Of a stretch of 64,000 nucleotides of DNA, positions 1 to 11,172 are shown piece after piece. The position numbers were made by a program, and so were the translations under genes. How positions within the stretch are numbered: position 1 is the first letter of the stretch; each line of letters begins with the position of its first letter. The notes beneath the pieces are model-generated. The model was not told where the DNA came from. It saw only the letters and a list, made by a program, of their open reading frames with translations, and searched no databases. The stretch comes from Thermoplasmatales archaeon E-plasma (GTDB lineage Archaea > Thermoplasmatota > Thermoplasmata > Thermoplasmatales > Thermoplasmataceae), in the NCBI GenBank assembly GCA_000496135.1, contig KI542675.1:612030-676029 (forward strand). Reading direction: 5' to 3'.

Positions 1-224
1 ATAATAGGGGAACAATCTCTATGGCTAATGCAGGCCCAAACACAGGAGGAAGTCAATTTTTCATTAATCTGGTAGACAATAATTATCTTGATAAAAAGCA
101 TCCGGTCTTTGGAAAGGTTATGGAGGGAATGGAGGTTGTAGATTCAATCGGAAATGCAAAAACAGATCGAAACGACCGTCCTGTTCAGAAGATTTCAATA
201 TTGAAAGCCAGATACAATAAATAA
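1..224 (+). CDS. peptidyl-prolyl cis-trans isomerase, cyclophilin type (3' part; 5' end outside window)
   Basis: Frame is open from nt 3; ...[19 protein letters not shown]... is the cyclophilin signature. Confidence 0.9.
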   Translation, partial: NRGTISMANAGPNTGGSQFFINLVDNNYLDKKHPVFGKVMEGMEVVDSIGNAKTDRNDRPVQKISILKARYNK

Positions 225-246
225 TATTATCTGGGATACTTATTTA

Positions 247-252
247 TTTTTT
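247..252 (+). terminator. oligo-T tract downstream of cyclophilin gene
   Basis: T6 run about 20 nt after the stop codon; archaeal termination uses oligo-T. Confidence 0.3.
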
Positions 253-398
253 ATAACCCTTTGTTGCTGATCAATTTTACCTCGCTTCTTTCGATCACAC
301 TAAATTACATGAATTCTTCATGGTAAAAAAGTAATTGTCAAAGAAGTGTGGCTTAATCTTGGAAAACCTTTGAAAGTTTAATTTCTTTTCAATGTGGA

Positions 399-1109
399 AT
401 GAATATATCCGCACCAAATATATATGAGGAGGAGTTATGGAAAAATATGGTAAAATATGAAGCAATAGGAGGAGATGTACAATATTTGAAGGCCACATTA
501 CAGGATGGAGAATCTGCATTTATTGAGCCAGGACACCTCATTCACAAGAGTTCAGATGTTCATTTGGATGTTCAGGCGGGTGGTCTCCATGGGGCACTAA
601 GTCACATGCTATCAGGATCCGCTGTTTTTCTTCTCAAAGTTAATGGACCGGGCGTATTTACGGCCGCGGGATTTCTTCCGGGAAAGATAGTGGAAGTAAA
701 ATTGAATGGAAATAGTATCCTGGCAGAATTCAATGCTTTTCTATCCATGGATTCCGGTATTGATTATTCTAGAAAATTTGCAGGAATTTGGACGGGTATG
801 ATGGGTGGAGAAGGAGTATTTCTTGAAAAATTCACCGGGAACGGATCCATATTTCTGCATTCTCATGGCCAACCGCTGGAACTTAATCTCCAACCAGGTG
901 AACAGATTCAGGTTGAAATGAGTCATGTTCTTGCCTTTGAAGAATCAGTGCAATATAACGTACAGAGGATAGGCGGATTGAAAACAATGCTCCTTGCAGG
1001 GGCTGAGGGAGAGGGACTCTTCTTTGCAAATATGAAAGGTCCTGGCAAGGTTTGGGTTCATACAATATCGCTGCATCAGCTTGCACTGAAAATGATAAGG
1101 AGACAGTAG
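399..1109 (+). CDS. AIM24/DUF124 (TIGR00266-like) family protein
   Basis: 236 aa; GGEGVFLEKFTG...GPGKVWVHT pattern typical of AIM24/DUF124 beta-rich proteins. Confidence 0.6.
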   Translation: MNISAPNIYEEELWKNMVKYEAIGGDVQYLKATLQDGESAFIEPGHLIHKSSDVHLDVQAGGLHGALSHMLSGSAVFLLKVNGPGVFTAAGFLPGKIVEVKLNGNSILAEFNAFLSMDSGIDYSRKFAGIWTGMMGGEGVFLEKFTGNGSIFLHSHGQPLELNLQPGEQIQVEMSHVLAFEESVQYNVQRIGGLKTMLLAGAEGEGLFFANMKGPGKVWVHTISLHQLALKMIRRQ

Positions 1110-1194
1110 TATGCAATCAATCTATACACACAATTCTTCACATTATGGTTTAAGCCTGCCAAAATGAAACCTCACCAGGTCAGGTGATGTAATT

Positions 1195-2025
1195 TTGAAT
1201 GACACATATACCATAAGAAATGAGAAGAGTTCTCTTAGAATCAACCGAAGAGGATTACATCTGGATCAATTAATCCTAGATGGTATTGAAATATTGATGG
1301 AGAGCGAGGATGATTCCCAGACTCATGGAGGATGCGCGTTTCTTATCCCTTATGCAAACAGGATAAGAAACGGTACATATTCCATTGGAAGCAGGGAATT
1401 TCATTTGAAGAAGAATGCTGAAGGGAATTCTATCCATGGATTTGCAAAGGATATTCCATGGAACGTAGAAGTTACACAGACGAACAGGGCTGTGGGAAGA
1501 TGCAAAATCAAAGGTGAAGGGTACCCATTCGATCTTAATTCCACAATTGAAATGGAATTGAACGGCAATTCACTCAACGTGAAAATGTCATTCTTAAATT
1601 TGAGTTCCCAAGCTATTCCTCTTTCACCCGGTGCACATCCATACCTCTTAACTTCTGAATCATGGAACATAAGCTGCGAGTTTGGGATTGATGAGGTCGA
1701 ATACAAAGACGGTTTCTTTCCAAACGGCATTATGAAACCGGTGAATGACCCGAATAGATTCCTTACGAACTCAAAAAATTTTGACAACTGTTTCAAGGGA
1801 GGAGGAAAATTAAGACTGAATGATGGTGAAAGGAATATCGTATTGGAACGCAATAATATGGATTATTTCGTGATCTATAATGGAAAATTTGCATCTGGCA
1901 GGTCTGTGGCCATTGAGCCCATGGTGGCTCCGCCAGATGCCTTCAACAATGGGATATCACTCGTGATGCTCAAATCCGGTGAAAAATTTAACTGTGGATT
2001 TACAATCTCAACAGAAGAGAAATAG
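1195..2025 (+). CDS. aldose 1-epimerase (mutarotase-like) family protein
   Basis: 276 aa, TTG start; ...IPYANRIRNGTY...HLKKNAEGNSIHGFA... resembles galactose-mutarotase-fold proteins. Confidence 0.55.
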   Translation: MNDTYTIRNEKSSLRINRRGLHLDQLILDGIEILMESEDDSQTHGGCAFLIPYANRIRNGTYSIGSREFHLKKNAEGNSIHGFAKDIPWNVEVTQTNRAVGRCKIKGEGYPFDLNSTIEMELNGNSLNVKMSFLNLSSQAIPLSPGAHPYLLTSESWNISCEFGIDEVEYKDGFFPNGIMKPVNDPNRFLTNSKNFDNCFKGGGKLRLNDGERNIVLERNNMDYFVIYNGKFASGRSVAIEPMVAPPDAFNNGISLVMLKSGEKFNCGFTISTEEK

Positions 2026-2060
2026 GAAACTATAAAATATAAAACTGTAACAAAGTTGAA

Positions 2061-2067
2061 TTTTTTT
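2061..2067 (+). terminator. oligo-T tract downstream of epimerase-like gene
   Basis: T7 run 36 nt after the stop. Confidence 0.3.
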
Positions 2068-2197
2068 GTCGATCCTTCATTGGTGATCCGAGGCAATCTC
2101 TTATAAATTCATAAGAGACTCCAATTAAGGTTATGCTCTCATATATTAAGGAAAAATAATTGTTTTGAAGATCAAGTCTTAGGATTTTTATATTATC

Positions 2198-2776
2198 TCA
2201 TTTTCTGAAAATCACTATTGAATAGTTCATTGGCATGTGATGGATTTCAGTTATTTCACCTTCAAAATTTAACAGATCGCTCAGAAACTTCTTATCCCTG
2301 GAATCCATAAAAAAATCTCCCAAAATGAATGCACCTTGCGGCTTTAGAAATTTGATTACATTCTTATATGCTTGAAAACGGGATTTTCCCAGGTTATGGA
2401 ATACAAGATTTGATATAATAAGCTCAAATTCAACATCCTTTAAATCCAATGTTTTGAGATCACTTTCCAAAAACCTGACCCTCTCTGCAATATGTTCCAT
2501 TTCCATATTCTGCCTTGCTAAGGTGATTGAACCTTCAGGAAGGCTCTCGCTCCCAAACAAATCAATTCCGAGGACAGAGGCGGCAGGAAAATATTTTGCT
2601 GAAACTGCGCATAAAAATCCTAGACCGCAGCCTGCATCCATAATATTGTTAACTGTAACTTTTCCTTTTATCTTTTCAAAAGCATTCTCAAATTTACTCT
2701 TCAACTCACTTCTGGTACTTTCAGATTGTTTCGGGGTTGTATGATGATAGGTTCCGTAATAAGGAGAAGCTTGCAT
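2198..2776 (-). CDS. class I SAM-dependent methyltransferase
   Basis: 192 aa; motif I IMDAGCGLGF and downstream acidic motif II. Confidence 0.75.
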   Translation of the reverse strand: MQASPYYGTYHHTTPKQSESTRSELKSKFENAFEKIKGKVTVNNIMDAGCGLGFLCAVSAKYFPAASVLGIDLFGSESLPEGSITLARQNMEMEHIAERVRFLESDLKTLDLKDVEFELIISNLVFHNLGKSRFQAYKNVIKFLKPQGAFILGDFFMDSRDKKFLSDLLNFEGEITEIHHMPMNYSIVIFRK

Positions 2777-2904
2777 TAGCTTTTAATTCTATCGAACTAT
2801 TTATTTTATTTGTTCAATCAATCACTCATAAAATATAGATTAGGACAAGTATTTTAAATCTCAGAGGGGGTTGGGTTATACAGACAAACAAACTACTTTT
2901 GATT

Positions 2905-3624
2905 TTAGAATACAAAAGGGATGGCTATAATAACCGTAAACAGGATTGAAAGGAAATTGACCTGACCCTTAGATAATTTTCCCTTGTTTTCCAGAAGCGC
3001 TCCAAGAACACTATCTATTTGACAGCCCAGAAAACCAAAGAGAGTTATAATGAGCAAGGCGATCATAGAAACATCTCCAATCTTTAATAAAATATAACAC
3101 AAGCCAATTATAAGGGCCCCAAAAAGAGCGGCAATTTCTCCTAAGACGGAAATTCCTCCATTTATACCTCTTTGTGTTCTCTTAAGGGTTGTTATCATAA
3201 TTACATTAGGGTCCAGCACCCCAATCTCGGAACCAAAAGTGTCTGCAGTAACAACTGCAAATGATATGGCGAATAATTCAAAGTACCTTAGAAGAAAAGG
3301 ATCTGCAAGGTGAAAAGCTGCAATTGCCCCTCCAATAATCCCGGCATAAAACACATTTTTTATCTTTCGTTCTCCCTTCTCCCCCTCCTGCATTTTGATC
3401 ATTTTCTTTTCAGCGAACCGATAACGAGTTGCTGCGAAAGAAACAAGGGCAAAGATGAGAAGCAATATAAGCCATGTGAAATAACCCGCAAAATCAACTA
3501 TTATACCAAGCACAAGTGCAACTAAACCGCCCTTCAGGTCAAAGATGTGAAAGATTTGCGATGCTACAAACAGTATAATCAGGAATATGGCAGATAATAA
3601 AATATAGGTCGTGGTATAGAACAT
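2905..3624 (-). CDS. DUF92/TMEM19-type integral membrane protein
   Basis: 239 aa polytopic; ...GINGGISVLGEIAALFGALIIG... resembles the DUF92 signature. Confidence 0.5.
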   Translation of the reverse strand: MFYTTTYILLSAIFLIILFVASQIFHIFDLKGGLVALVLGIIVDFAGYFTWLILLLIFALVSFAATRYRFAEKKMIKMQEGEKGERKIKNVFYAGIIGGAIAAFHLADPFLLRYFELFAISFAVVTADTFGSEIGVLDPNVIMITTLKRTQRGINGGISVLGEIAALFGALIIGLCYILLKIGDVSMIALLIITLFGFLGCQIDSVLGALLENKGKLSKGQVNFLSILFTVIIAIPFVF

Positions 3625-3650
3625 TTTAAAAGCTTCTTTAAATTAAATGT

Positions 3651-4661
3651 CTAGAGACCGCGTTCCTGCAGTCTCTCTTCTTTGGCCATGGTATCCATGG
3701 AAATACCCTCCATTGCCTGAAGTCCTGTTGAAACTGTTCCTATCAACCGATAATCTTCAAAATTCTCCACTGCTTCAACGATTGATCGTGCCATTTTAAT
3801 CTGGTCAGGTGATTTAAAAATTCCGCTGCCCACAAAAACCCCATCCATACCAAGTTTCATCATTAATGCTGCATCAGAGGGAGTAGATACACCTCCAGCT
3901 GCAAAGTTGACAAGTGGCAGCCTTCCGAGACGCTTTACTTCTTTCAGGATATTTGTGACCTCCGTGACTATTTGATCATAACCATACCCATAGAATAAAT
4001 CTGCATCTGGTGGTTCTATATCCTTTGGAAACAATGATTGAACAACCTCTGTTCTTAGCGTTTCGTAGGGAAGAGCTATGGCTTGAGCCATCTTTGATAT
4101 TTTATCATTCCCCATTAATTTTATAACTTTTATGCCTTCATTGACGGCCCTGATATGCCTAACCGCCTCTATAACGTTACCTGTACCTGCTTCTCCCTTT
4201 GTTCTTATCATTGCAGCGCCTTCAAAGATTCTTCTCACTGCTTCAGGAAGATTTCTGGCTCCACATACTGTTGGTATCTTATATTCCCTTTTATTTACAT
4301 GAAAAAATGGATCTGCCGGGGTTAAAACCTCACTTTCATCAAGCATATCTACACCCAGTGCTTCGAGTACATGCCCCTCACTTATGTGCCCAATTCTTAC
4401 TTTTGCCATAACAGGGATTGTAACAGAATCAATTATTTCCTTTATTTTAGCAGGGTCGCCCATTCTTGCAACGCCTCCAGCAGCCCTTATATCGGAGGGA
4501 ACTTTTTCCAGAGCCATTACTGCAACTGCACCTGCTGATTCGGCTATTCTTGCCTGATCCGCATTTGTGACATCCATTATAACTCCGCCCTTAGTCATCT
4601 TGGCGAATCCACTCTTGAGAAGTTCTTCCCCGAATTTCAATTCGGATAAATTTAATGCCAT
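3651..4661 (-). CDS. pdxS: pyridoxal 5'-phosphate synthase lyase subunit PdxS
   Basis: 336 aa; GGVIMDV...[13 protein letters not shown]...VMAKVRIGH...[10 protein letters not shown] are canonical PdxS/SNZ blocks. Confidence 0.95.
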   Translation of the reverse strand: MALNLSELKFGEELLKSGFAKMTKGGVIMDVTNADQARIAESAGAVAVMALEKVPSDIRAAGGVARMGDPAKIKEIIDSVTIPVMAKVRIGHISEGHVLEALGVDMLDESEVLTPADPFFHVNKREYKIPTVCGARNLPEAVRRIFEGAAMIRTKGEAGTGNVIEAVRHIRAVNEGIKVIKLMGNDKISKMAQAIALPYETLRTEVVQSLFPKDIEPPDADLFYGYGYDQIVTEVTNILKEVKRLGRLPLVNFAAGGVSTPSDAALMMKLGMDGVFVGSGIFKSPDQIKMARSIVEAVENFEDYRLIGTVSTGLQAMEGISMDTMAKEERLQERGL

Positions 4662-4922
4662 ATCGATCTATTTCTAATTGTAAGTTTCTATAAAAAGTTG
4701 TCTTTTAAATGGATATATTTCTCAAAAATGAATTCGTTATGTAAATATGCTGATATACTCACTAAAATTTAAGAGGGTACAATCTTACAAGACATTTGTG
4801 AATTATGTATTTCCCAGTGCCTGTATCTATTCGAGCATATTACTAAACAATGACTACCACAAAAAATAGAGAAAACATATGCGCAATATCATCCATACCT
4901 TTTTCTTTAGGAAATTTGAAGG

Positions 4923-5519
4923 TTAAGTGAACAGATGAAAAATCAAGAACTCTTCATAGATGAAAATGGCAGAAAATATCAGGAGCACAATTGAACTGAA
5001 ATCTGTTATTATTCTTTTTAGAACTTCGCCATATTTCATATAAGAATAATGAACAAGGGTTGTAATGGAAATTATCCAGATCAATATACCAATAAAGAAG
5101 AAATAAAAAAGAGTATAACCGAACGTTTCAAAAATGGCTAAACCTGCGCTTAACCACCATATTATCTGATATGGGTTAACCAGACCTGTGCCTAGACCTT
5201 TAAAATATCCATAGAATGTATTTATGTTACTTTTTGGTTCTTCAGAATGGAATTTCATGTTGATTGCTATGTAAACAAAAACAAGAGCGCCTGCTAAATA
5301 TATTATTGGCAGGAAGTAGGAAAAATTAACCGTTTTTTGAAAAGCAAATATGAGAACCATGAAGATAAAATCAGCTGTCATAGCCCCTAATCCTATTTTA
5401 GACCCATCAAACTGAGACTTTATGGATCTTTCCATCATTAGAGAATTTATGGGTCCGGGAGGAGCCGCCATTGAAAATCCAAGAAATATTCCCAGGGGGA
5501 TAATAATATAAAGATTCAA
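4923..5519 (-). CDS. LysE/RhtB family translocator
   Basis: 198 aa, about 6 TM segments, N-terminal PPGPIN motif. Confidence 0.65.
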   Translation of the reverse strand: MNLYIIIPLGIFLGFSMAAPPGPINSLMMERSIKSQFDGSKIGLGAMTADFIFMVLIFAFQKTVNFSYFLPIIYLAGALVFVYIAINMKFHSEEPKSNINTFYGYFKGLGTGLVNPYQIIWWLSAGLAIFETFGYTLFYFFFIGILIWIISITTLVHYSYMKYGEVLKRIITDFSSIVLLIFSAIFIYEEFLIFHLFT

Positions 5520-5552
5520 CGGGTTTAATCATTTACTCTATTAAAAGCCTGA

Positions 5553-6206
5553 TCACTTTAATAGTTTTTTGTCGACCTCTTCTATATATTTGTCTATTTC
5601 AATATTGTTCTGTCTTAGTTTTGCTCTTGTTTTTTCAAGAACACCCAGCTCAAAAGCCCTGTGATTTATAATTTTGGTCTTGTCGGAAAACGTCGAATCT
5701 ATGGCATTAATAAAATCTTCATCGTTTAGTCCAGCTAAATTTAGTGCCGAGATAAATCCCATAATTACAGAATTAGAGGTTCTCTTATCCCCCGCTTCCA
5801 GGGCAATAGTTTCCGCCTCTATTTCATAAATATTCAGGTGTTTGGCTGCTTCATTAAGAATGTTTTCCAGATCAGGATATTCTTTTCCCTTCATGCTCAG
5901 ACTCACTGGAGTCAGTTTTTCAAGTGACAATATGACAGTTGATCCATCCTTCATCCTGGGTATATTCCTAACCCCTTCCATGTATTCTAAACCTATCAAT
6001 AGATCTCCTTCACCATTTGGGATTATGGGACCGTGGACATCGCCCAACCTCACTTCCACAGAAACAGATCCACCCCTTTGCGCAAGGCCGTGTATTTCTG
6101 ACATTATTGCGTTTAAACCCCTGTGTATTGCAGCTTTCGATATTAGACTACCACAGGTTACAACTCCCTGTCCACCAATTCCAGATATTATAATATTATA
6201 TTTCAT
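5553..6206 (-). CDS. iorB: indolepyruvate:ferredoxin oxidoreductase subunit beta
   Basis: 217 aa; IIISGIGGQGV gamma-domain motif; overlaps iorA stop by 11 nt (operon). Confidence 0.8.
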   Translation of the reverse strand: MKYNIIISGIGGQGVVTCGSLISKAAIHRGLNAIMSEIHGLAQRGGSVSVEVRLGDVHGPIIPNGEGDLLIGLEYMEGVRNIPRMKDGSTVILSLEKLTPVSLSMKGKEYPDLENILNEAAKHLNIYEIEAETIALEAGDKRTSNSVIMGFISALNLAGLNDEDFINAIDSTFSDKTKIINHRAFELGVLEKTRAKLRQNNIEIDKYIEEVDKKLLK

Positions 6207-8061
6207 GGTTTACCACCTTTATTGCCTGATACGGACATACATAAATTTCAGCGCACACTCCGCATCCGTCACAGAGTGTTGTGTTTATCGTTATTTCTCC
6301 TTCATTAACATAGAGAGCAGGGCATGAGAAATTTTCAACACAGTTCATGCACTTGCTGCATTTTGTCTGGTCAACCTCGTACAGTTTGAGAGTTCCGTTT
6401 TTCTTTGCTCTTCTATCGCTAAGTATGGCGCATTCGCCTCGAGCCACTATTACAGAAACTCCTTTTCTTTTCAAGGCACCTGTGACACTTCTCAGGACTT
6501 GGCCAACATCAAAGGAATTAACAGTAACCAGATCCTTGACACCTATTGATTTAACCACCTCTTCAATATTAACTTCATTAAATCCATTTACTGGATCAGC
6601 GATCCCGGGATTGGGTTGATGGCCTGTCATTGCCGTTGTTGAGTTATCCAATATTATGAGCTTATAGGAGTTTCCGTTGTGTATTGCGTTTATGAGCGGG
6701 GGAATGCCTGAGTGGAAAAATGTAGAATCGCCTATAAAGGCAATTACCGGTTGATCAGTCACTTTTGAAAAACCATTAGCCAGACCCTCTGAGGAACCCA
6801 TGCTTAGAATTAAATCAGAAGTTTCATACGGCTCATAAATTCCAAGGGAATAACAGCCTATATCTGAAGAAAATATGGCATCTTTAATGTTCGAGAGTTT
6901 CAATGCCCGCTTGACTGAATAGTAAACTGACCTGTGGGGACAACCCGGACAGAGAACAGGAGGTCTCTGAGGTAAAGTATCCTTGAATGATTTATCCTCC
7001 GGAGGGGTAATGTCAAGAAGAGGGAGTATTGCAGAAACAATAACATCCTCATTTAATTCATAGTATGCCGGAAGCTCTCCTGTGTTTTTTCCATGAATGG
7101 TAGTTTCTATCCGGTTTTCCTGTGCAATCCTGATAATATCGTTTTCCATTACTGGATCAAGTTCCTCAACAACTATTGTTTCCTTGTGCCTCCTTAAAAA
7201 TTCTGCCACTTTTTCAACAGGAATAGGATTAGTAAGTGATAATTTTAGAATATTCAGAGAGAGGTTGTAATCACTTTTTAAATCCTGCAGGTAGGTATAG
7301 GATATTCCACTTGTTATAATTCCAAGTGAACTATCTCCTTCAATCTCATAATTCAATGGTGATGAATCCCCCTCTTTTTCTATCAATTCCATTTTCTTAA
7401 GAAGTTCAACTTTTAATCTTCTTGAATTTACAGGAAGCGCATTGAACTGTTTTTTATTACTTTGAAAATATCCCCTGTTTTTAATATCAGCAGCCTGGGA
7501 AAGTAATACCATACCTCTCTGATGTGAAACACGTGTTGTTGTTCTGAATATTACTGGAATAGAGTATTTCTCAGACAATTCAAATGCATACTTTAAAAAA
7601 TCCTTACACTCCTGAGGGTTTGACGGTTCTACTACGGGAAGATGTGCCAGCCTGGCATAGTTCCTGTTATCCTGTTCATTTTGAGATGAAAACATTGAGG
7701 GGTCGTCGGCTGTCATTATAACCATGCCCGCTCTGGTTCCAGTATATGCAATGCTCATCATTGGATCTGAGGCAACATTCATACCGACATGCTTCATGAA
7801 TACAAAGGATCTTACCCCGGAAATCGCAGCTGCAAAGGCACTTTCAACAGCTACTTTTTCATTAACAGAGAATTCAAATTTGATTCCTGCTTTTTCATGC
7901 ACCTGATATAAGACATCCCCGATTTCACTTGAAGGTGTACCGGGATATGTTGATGCATATCCGACTCCCTCTTCTATGAGACCTCTCACAATGGCTTCAT
8001 TGCCAAGAAGAAATAGCTTATTGCCACCATTTTTTTCTATCAGAGGGTCAAAAAGGTTCAT
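6196..8061 (-). CDS. iorA: indolepyruvate:ferredoxin oxidoreductase subunit alpha
   Basis: 621 aa; TPP-binding GDSTFFHSG motif and two C-terminal CxxCxxCxxxCP ferredoxin motifs. Confidence 0.85.
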   Translation of the reverse strand: MNLFDPLIEKNGGNKLFLLGNEAIVRGLIEEGVGYASTYPGTPSSEIGDVLYQVHEKAGIKFEFSVNEKVAVESAFAAAISGVRSFVFMKHVGMNVASDPMMSIAYTGTRAGMVIMTADDPSMFSSQNEQDNRNYARLAHLPVVEPSNPQECKDFLKYAFELSEKYSIPVIFRTTTRVSHQRGMVLLSQAADIKNRGYFQSNKKQFNALPVNSRRLKVELLKKMELIEKEGDSSPLNYEIEGDSSLGIITSGISYTYLQDLKSDYNLSLNILKLSLTNPIPVEKVAEFLRRHKETIVVEELDPVMENDIIRIAQENRIETTIHGKNTGELPAYYELNEDVIVSAILPLLDITPPEDKSFKDTLPQRPPVLCPGCPHRSVYYSVKRALKLSNIKDAIFSSDIGCYSLGIYEPYETSDLILSMGSSEGLANGFSKVTDQPVIAFIGDSTFFHSGIPPLINAIHNGNSYKLIILDNSTTAMTGHQPNPGIADPVNGFNEVNIEEVVKSIGVKDLVTVNSFDVGQVLRSVTGALKRKGVSVIVARGECAILSDRRAKKNGTLKLYEVDQTKCSKCMNCVENFSCPALYVNEGEITINTTLCDGCGVCAEIYVCPYQAIKVVNHEI

Positions 8062-8124
8062 GATAAATCAGTCATTGGACTTTATTAATTATTATGCTTT
8101 AAATATTAAGTCTGACAATTACTA

Positions 8125-9264
8125 TCACTGCATTTTTGATGAAGATTTTTCTCTTAGAAAGTATAGAGGAAAATAATTCTTCGAATGCGTGGCGAAAATC
8201 AAAATAAACATACAGATGATGAATAATGGCATGCCACTATTTGGATCTGTACCGTAACCGCTTATAATCCCGAAGTCCTGACCAACCCACCATGAAAACA
8301 GTGTTATTGGTATTGTCAATAATGCAGCATAAAATGGGCGATATAGCCATGTAATAGCGCAACTGGCGAAATATATGGAAAAAAAGAGATTCCAGTAGAA
8401 GTCATAGTAAATGAAAGTATTGGTAAAATATAAAAATGAATCTGACAGGAACTGCGGTTGATATAAAAATATTAAATTATACGGTATTCTGGAAAGTGAA
8501 TATCCAGACCAGAATTGTGAAGCTGGTAATATCTGTAGAATCAAAGAAATTAAGAATACAGTGGTCATAAAGACTGGTATTACCCATTTTAATTCAAGTC
8601 CGACAATGACCAATAACAGGTAAATTGAGATTATAAAATAGACCAGTGCCGAGCCAGGTACTCCAGACAGGAAGCTTGACCCAGCCTGGAAAATTCCCCC
8701 AAATCCCTCTCCAAATATCCATATTATCAGTGACCATGCGGCAGAAACCATAAGAACCAGGACATTTCCTGTTTTATTTAATTTTATCAAAAGGCCAATA
8801 CCAATAAATAATTGCGTAACGGCTGCCATGGCATTGAATATTACAGGATGCAAGCTCCATATATTGACTCCAAAATTAACAATATTGTAGATTGCTCCGC
8901 TTGTTGAACCCATCATGGGGATAATCACGTATGGAAGGAATACATAGGGCATTTCCGGTTGCAACTGGAGAATACCATCAACAAGCCATAGTATTCCAAG
9001 GCCCATTTTCAAAAAAATGAAAGCCGACCCGTAGTTTTCTTCGTCAGGTTTAGTCTCTCTGAGCAGATAAAGAACCATAGTGACTATGATCATACCAAAG
9101 AACGTGTATGAATACAATGTAAGCGTTAAATTTCCGGGTATTTTATAAAGAATATAATCACCGTAAAAAACCAGTCCAAGAATGATTACTATCAAAGCCA
9201 TGGTAATATTTCTTAGAAGAGATTTATAATATTTGCTCAGCCGGAACTGAAAATCACGAGCCAT
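8125..9264 (-). CDS. polytopic membrane protein, function unknown
   Basis: 379 aa, about 10 hydrophobic segments; no recognisable catalytic motif. Confidence 0.5.
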   Translation of the reverse strand: MARDFQFRLSKYYKSLLRNITMALIVIILGLVFYGDYILYKIPGNLTLTLYSYTFFGMIIVTMVLYLLRETKPDEENYGSAFIFLKMGLGILWLVDGILQLQPEMPYVFLPYVIIPMMGSTSGAIYNIVNFGVNIWSLHPVIFNAMAAVTQLFIGIGLLIKLNKTGNVLVLMVSAAWSLIIWIFGEGFGGIFQAGSSFLSGVPGSALVYFIISIYLLLVIVGLELKWVIPVFMTTVFLISLILQILPASQFWSGYSLSRIPYNLIFLYQPQFLSDSFLYFTNTFIYYDFYWNLFFSIYFASCAITWLYRPFYAALLTIPITLFSWWVGQDFGIISGYGTDPNSGMPLFIICMFILIFATHSKNYFPLYFLREKSSSKMQ

Positions 9265-9364
9265 TTTATCCTCTTCATATCTAGTTTTAAAATATAATGC
9301 TTATCGCTTAAATGTTGTTTTAGGATATACCCCACATTTATATTTAAAAAAATTTAGGGTGATA

Positions 9365-10180
9365 TCAGTCCCTTATCTCCTTCTCAGACAGTATATATGT
9401 TATTATTACGAGGAATGCAGCGAGCAGGAATAGATATAGCAGGTAAAGAAGAACTGAATTTGTTTGTGCCGATGTGAGGTTTCCATACAACAAAACTGTT
9501 CTTATGGCCTCAGATGACCATGAAACCGGATTATATTCAGCAACAGTTCCAAGCCATGATGCCATCAGAGCCTTGGGGAAAAGTGCAAAGCTGGCAAAAA
9601 TAAGCGGTAAGTTTATGAGATTAATTATTCCGAAGACAGTTTCCATCTTTCTCAATCTGATGGCTATAATACTGAATATTGACGAAAATGAAAATGCAAT
9701 GAGGACAAGAGCTACAATTATTACAAACACTCCGAACAGGTTAAATCCTTTCTGCAGCACGAGACCGTTAGGAATTATCAAGGCAGCTGCCAGTAATATT
9801 ACTGCCTGAACCAGTATTCTGAAAGTACTTGAAAGTACCTTTGAAAATACTATTGAACTCCTGCTAATCGGTGATACAAGGAACCTTGACATTGGACCAA
9901 GCCTTCTGTCCCAGATTATGTTCACACCTGCAAACATACCAGTGAAGAGACTGGTTGTGGTGAGTATACCTCCAATAATGAACGTGATATAATTTGGCGC
10001 CGGATAAAATGGACTCAGAGTAGAAGATACGCCAGCAGGTCCCAATAATTTTGCTATATCAAAGGCACTACCAAATAAAACGATCCAGAAAATCGGTTGA
10101 ATAAGACCAACCAGAAAGAATACGGGATTTCTGTACCATTTTTTTAACTCCCTTACTGTTAATGGAATTAATCCACTCAT
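9365..10180 (-). CDS. ABC-2 type transporter permease
   Basis: 271 aa, 6 TM; 4-nt overlap with the upstream ATPase gene. Confidence 0.75.
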   Translation of the reverse strand: MSGLIPLTVRELKKWYRNPVFFLVGLIQPIFWIVLFGSAFDIAKLLGPAGVSSTLSPFYPAPNYITFIIGGILTTTSLFTGMFAGVNIIWDRRLGPMSRFLVSPISRSSIVFSKVLSSTFRILVQAVILLAAALIIPNGLVLQKGFNLFGVFVIIVALVLIAFSFSSIFSIIAIRLRKMETVFGIINLINLPLIFASFALFPKALMASWLGTVAEYNPVSWSSEAIRTVLLYGNLTSAQTNSVLLYLLYLFLLAAFLVIITYILSEKEIRD

Positions 10181-11172
10181 TTTCTTAACCTCCTCATATT
10201 GATCGCCTGTTTAAATGCTGATTCGCCACTTTCTTCTCTTATCTCGTTTCCAGTCAATTTCAAAAATACCTGGTCAAGTGAAGGCTTTTGAACTGACATT
10301 TTCATTGGAGTAATTCCATTCTTTATCATGAAGTCCATAAGGAGCGGGAGGTCCGAATCTGCATCTTTCACCGTTAGCCTGATTTCTTTACCGTTTATGA
10401 TTGGTTCTTCTACAGATTCTGAGAAACCGGAGATCTCTTTTAAGGATTCTTCGTCTTTTGTTTCCACAATAATGGTATCACCCTTTAAAGAAGCCTTTAG
10501 TTCCGCGGAAGTCCCTATGGTAATAATATTCCCATGGTCAATGATACATATCCTGTCTGAAAGTTCATCCGCCTCCTCAAGATAATGGGTAGTTAATATG
10601 ATCGTAACGCCAAGTTCACTTCTTATCTTCTTAATATAATCCCACATTTTTGCCCTTGTCTGAACATCAAGTCCCAAAGTCGGCTCGTCCAAAAAAAGGA
10701 CCTTTGGTTCATTAACCAGTCCCATGATAAGTTCCAGTCTCTTTCTCATTCCACCTGAGAAAGTTCTTACATAATGGTTACCAACATCTGCAAGGTCAAC
10801 CAGAGCAAGGAGTTCATCGATCTTTTTGTTTGAAGGGCCATTGGGAAGATCATAAAATCTTGCAACCATTCTTAAATTTTCCACTGCCTTCAGATCCTCA
10901 TCTGTAGTGAGATCCTGCGGCACTACCCCAATATTTCTCCTTACCTGCATTGAATCTCTCACAATGTCATATCCCATAACCTTCGCAAAACCGGATGTAG
11001 GTGTTATTGACGTGGATAGCATTTTTATTGTCGTTGTTTTGCCTGCACCATTCGGCCCGAGGAAACCAAAAATCTCCCCCTGTTTAATCTGGAGATGAAT
11101 ACCTTTGACCGCCATAATATTTCCAGGATAAGTCTTTCTCAAATCTGTAGTTTCGATTACGTATTCTGTCAT
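10177..11172 (-). CDS. ABC transporter ATP-binding protein (DrrA-like)
   Basis: Walker A GPNGAGKTT, signature FSGGMRKR, Walker B LFLDEPT. Confidence 0.9.
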   Translation of the reverse strand: MTEYVIETTDLRKTYPGNIMAVKGIHLQIKQGEIFGFLGPNGAGKTTTIKMLSTSITPTSGFAKVMGYDIVRDSMQVRRNIGVVPQDLTTDEDLKAVENLRMVARFYDLPNGPSNKKIDELLALVDLADVGNHYVRTFSGGMRKRLELIMGLVNEPKVLFLDEPTLGLDVQTRAKMWDYIKKIRSELGVTIILTTHYLEEADELSDRICIIDHGNIITIGTSAELKASLKGDTIIVETKDEESLKEISGFSESVEEPIINGKEIRLTVKDADSDLPLLMDFMIKNGITPMKMSVQKPSLDQVFLKLTGNEIREESGESAFKQAINMRRLRK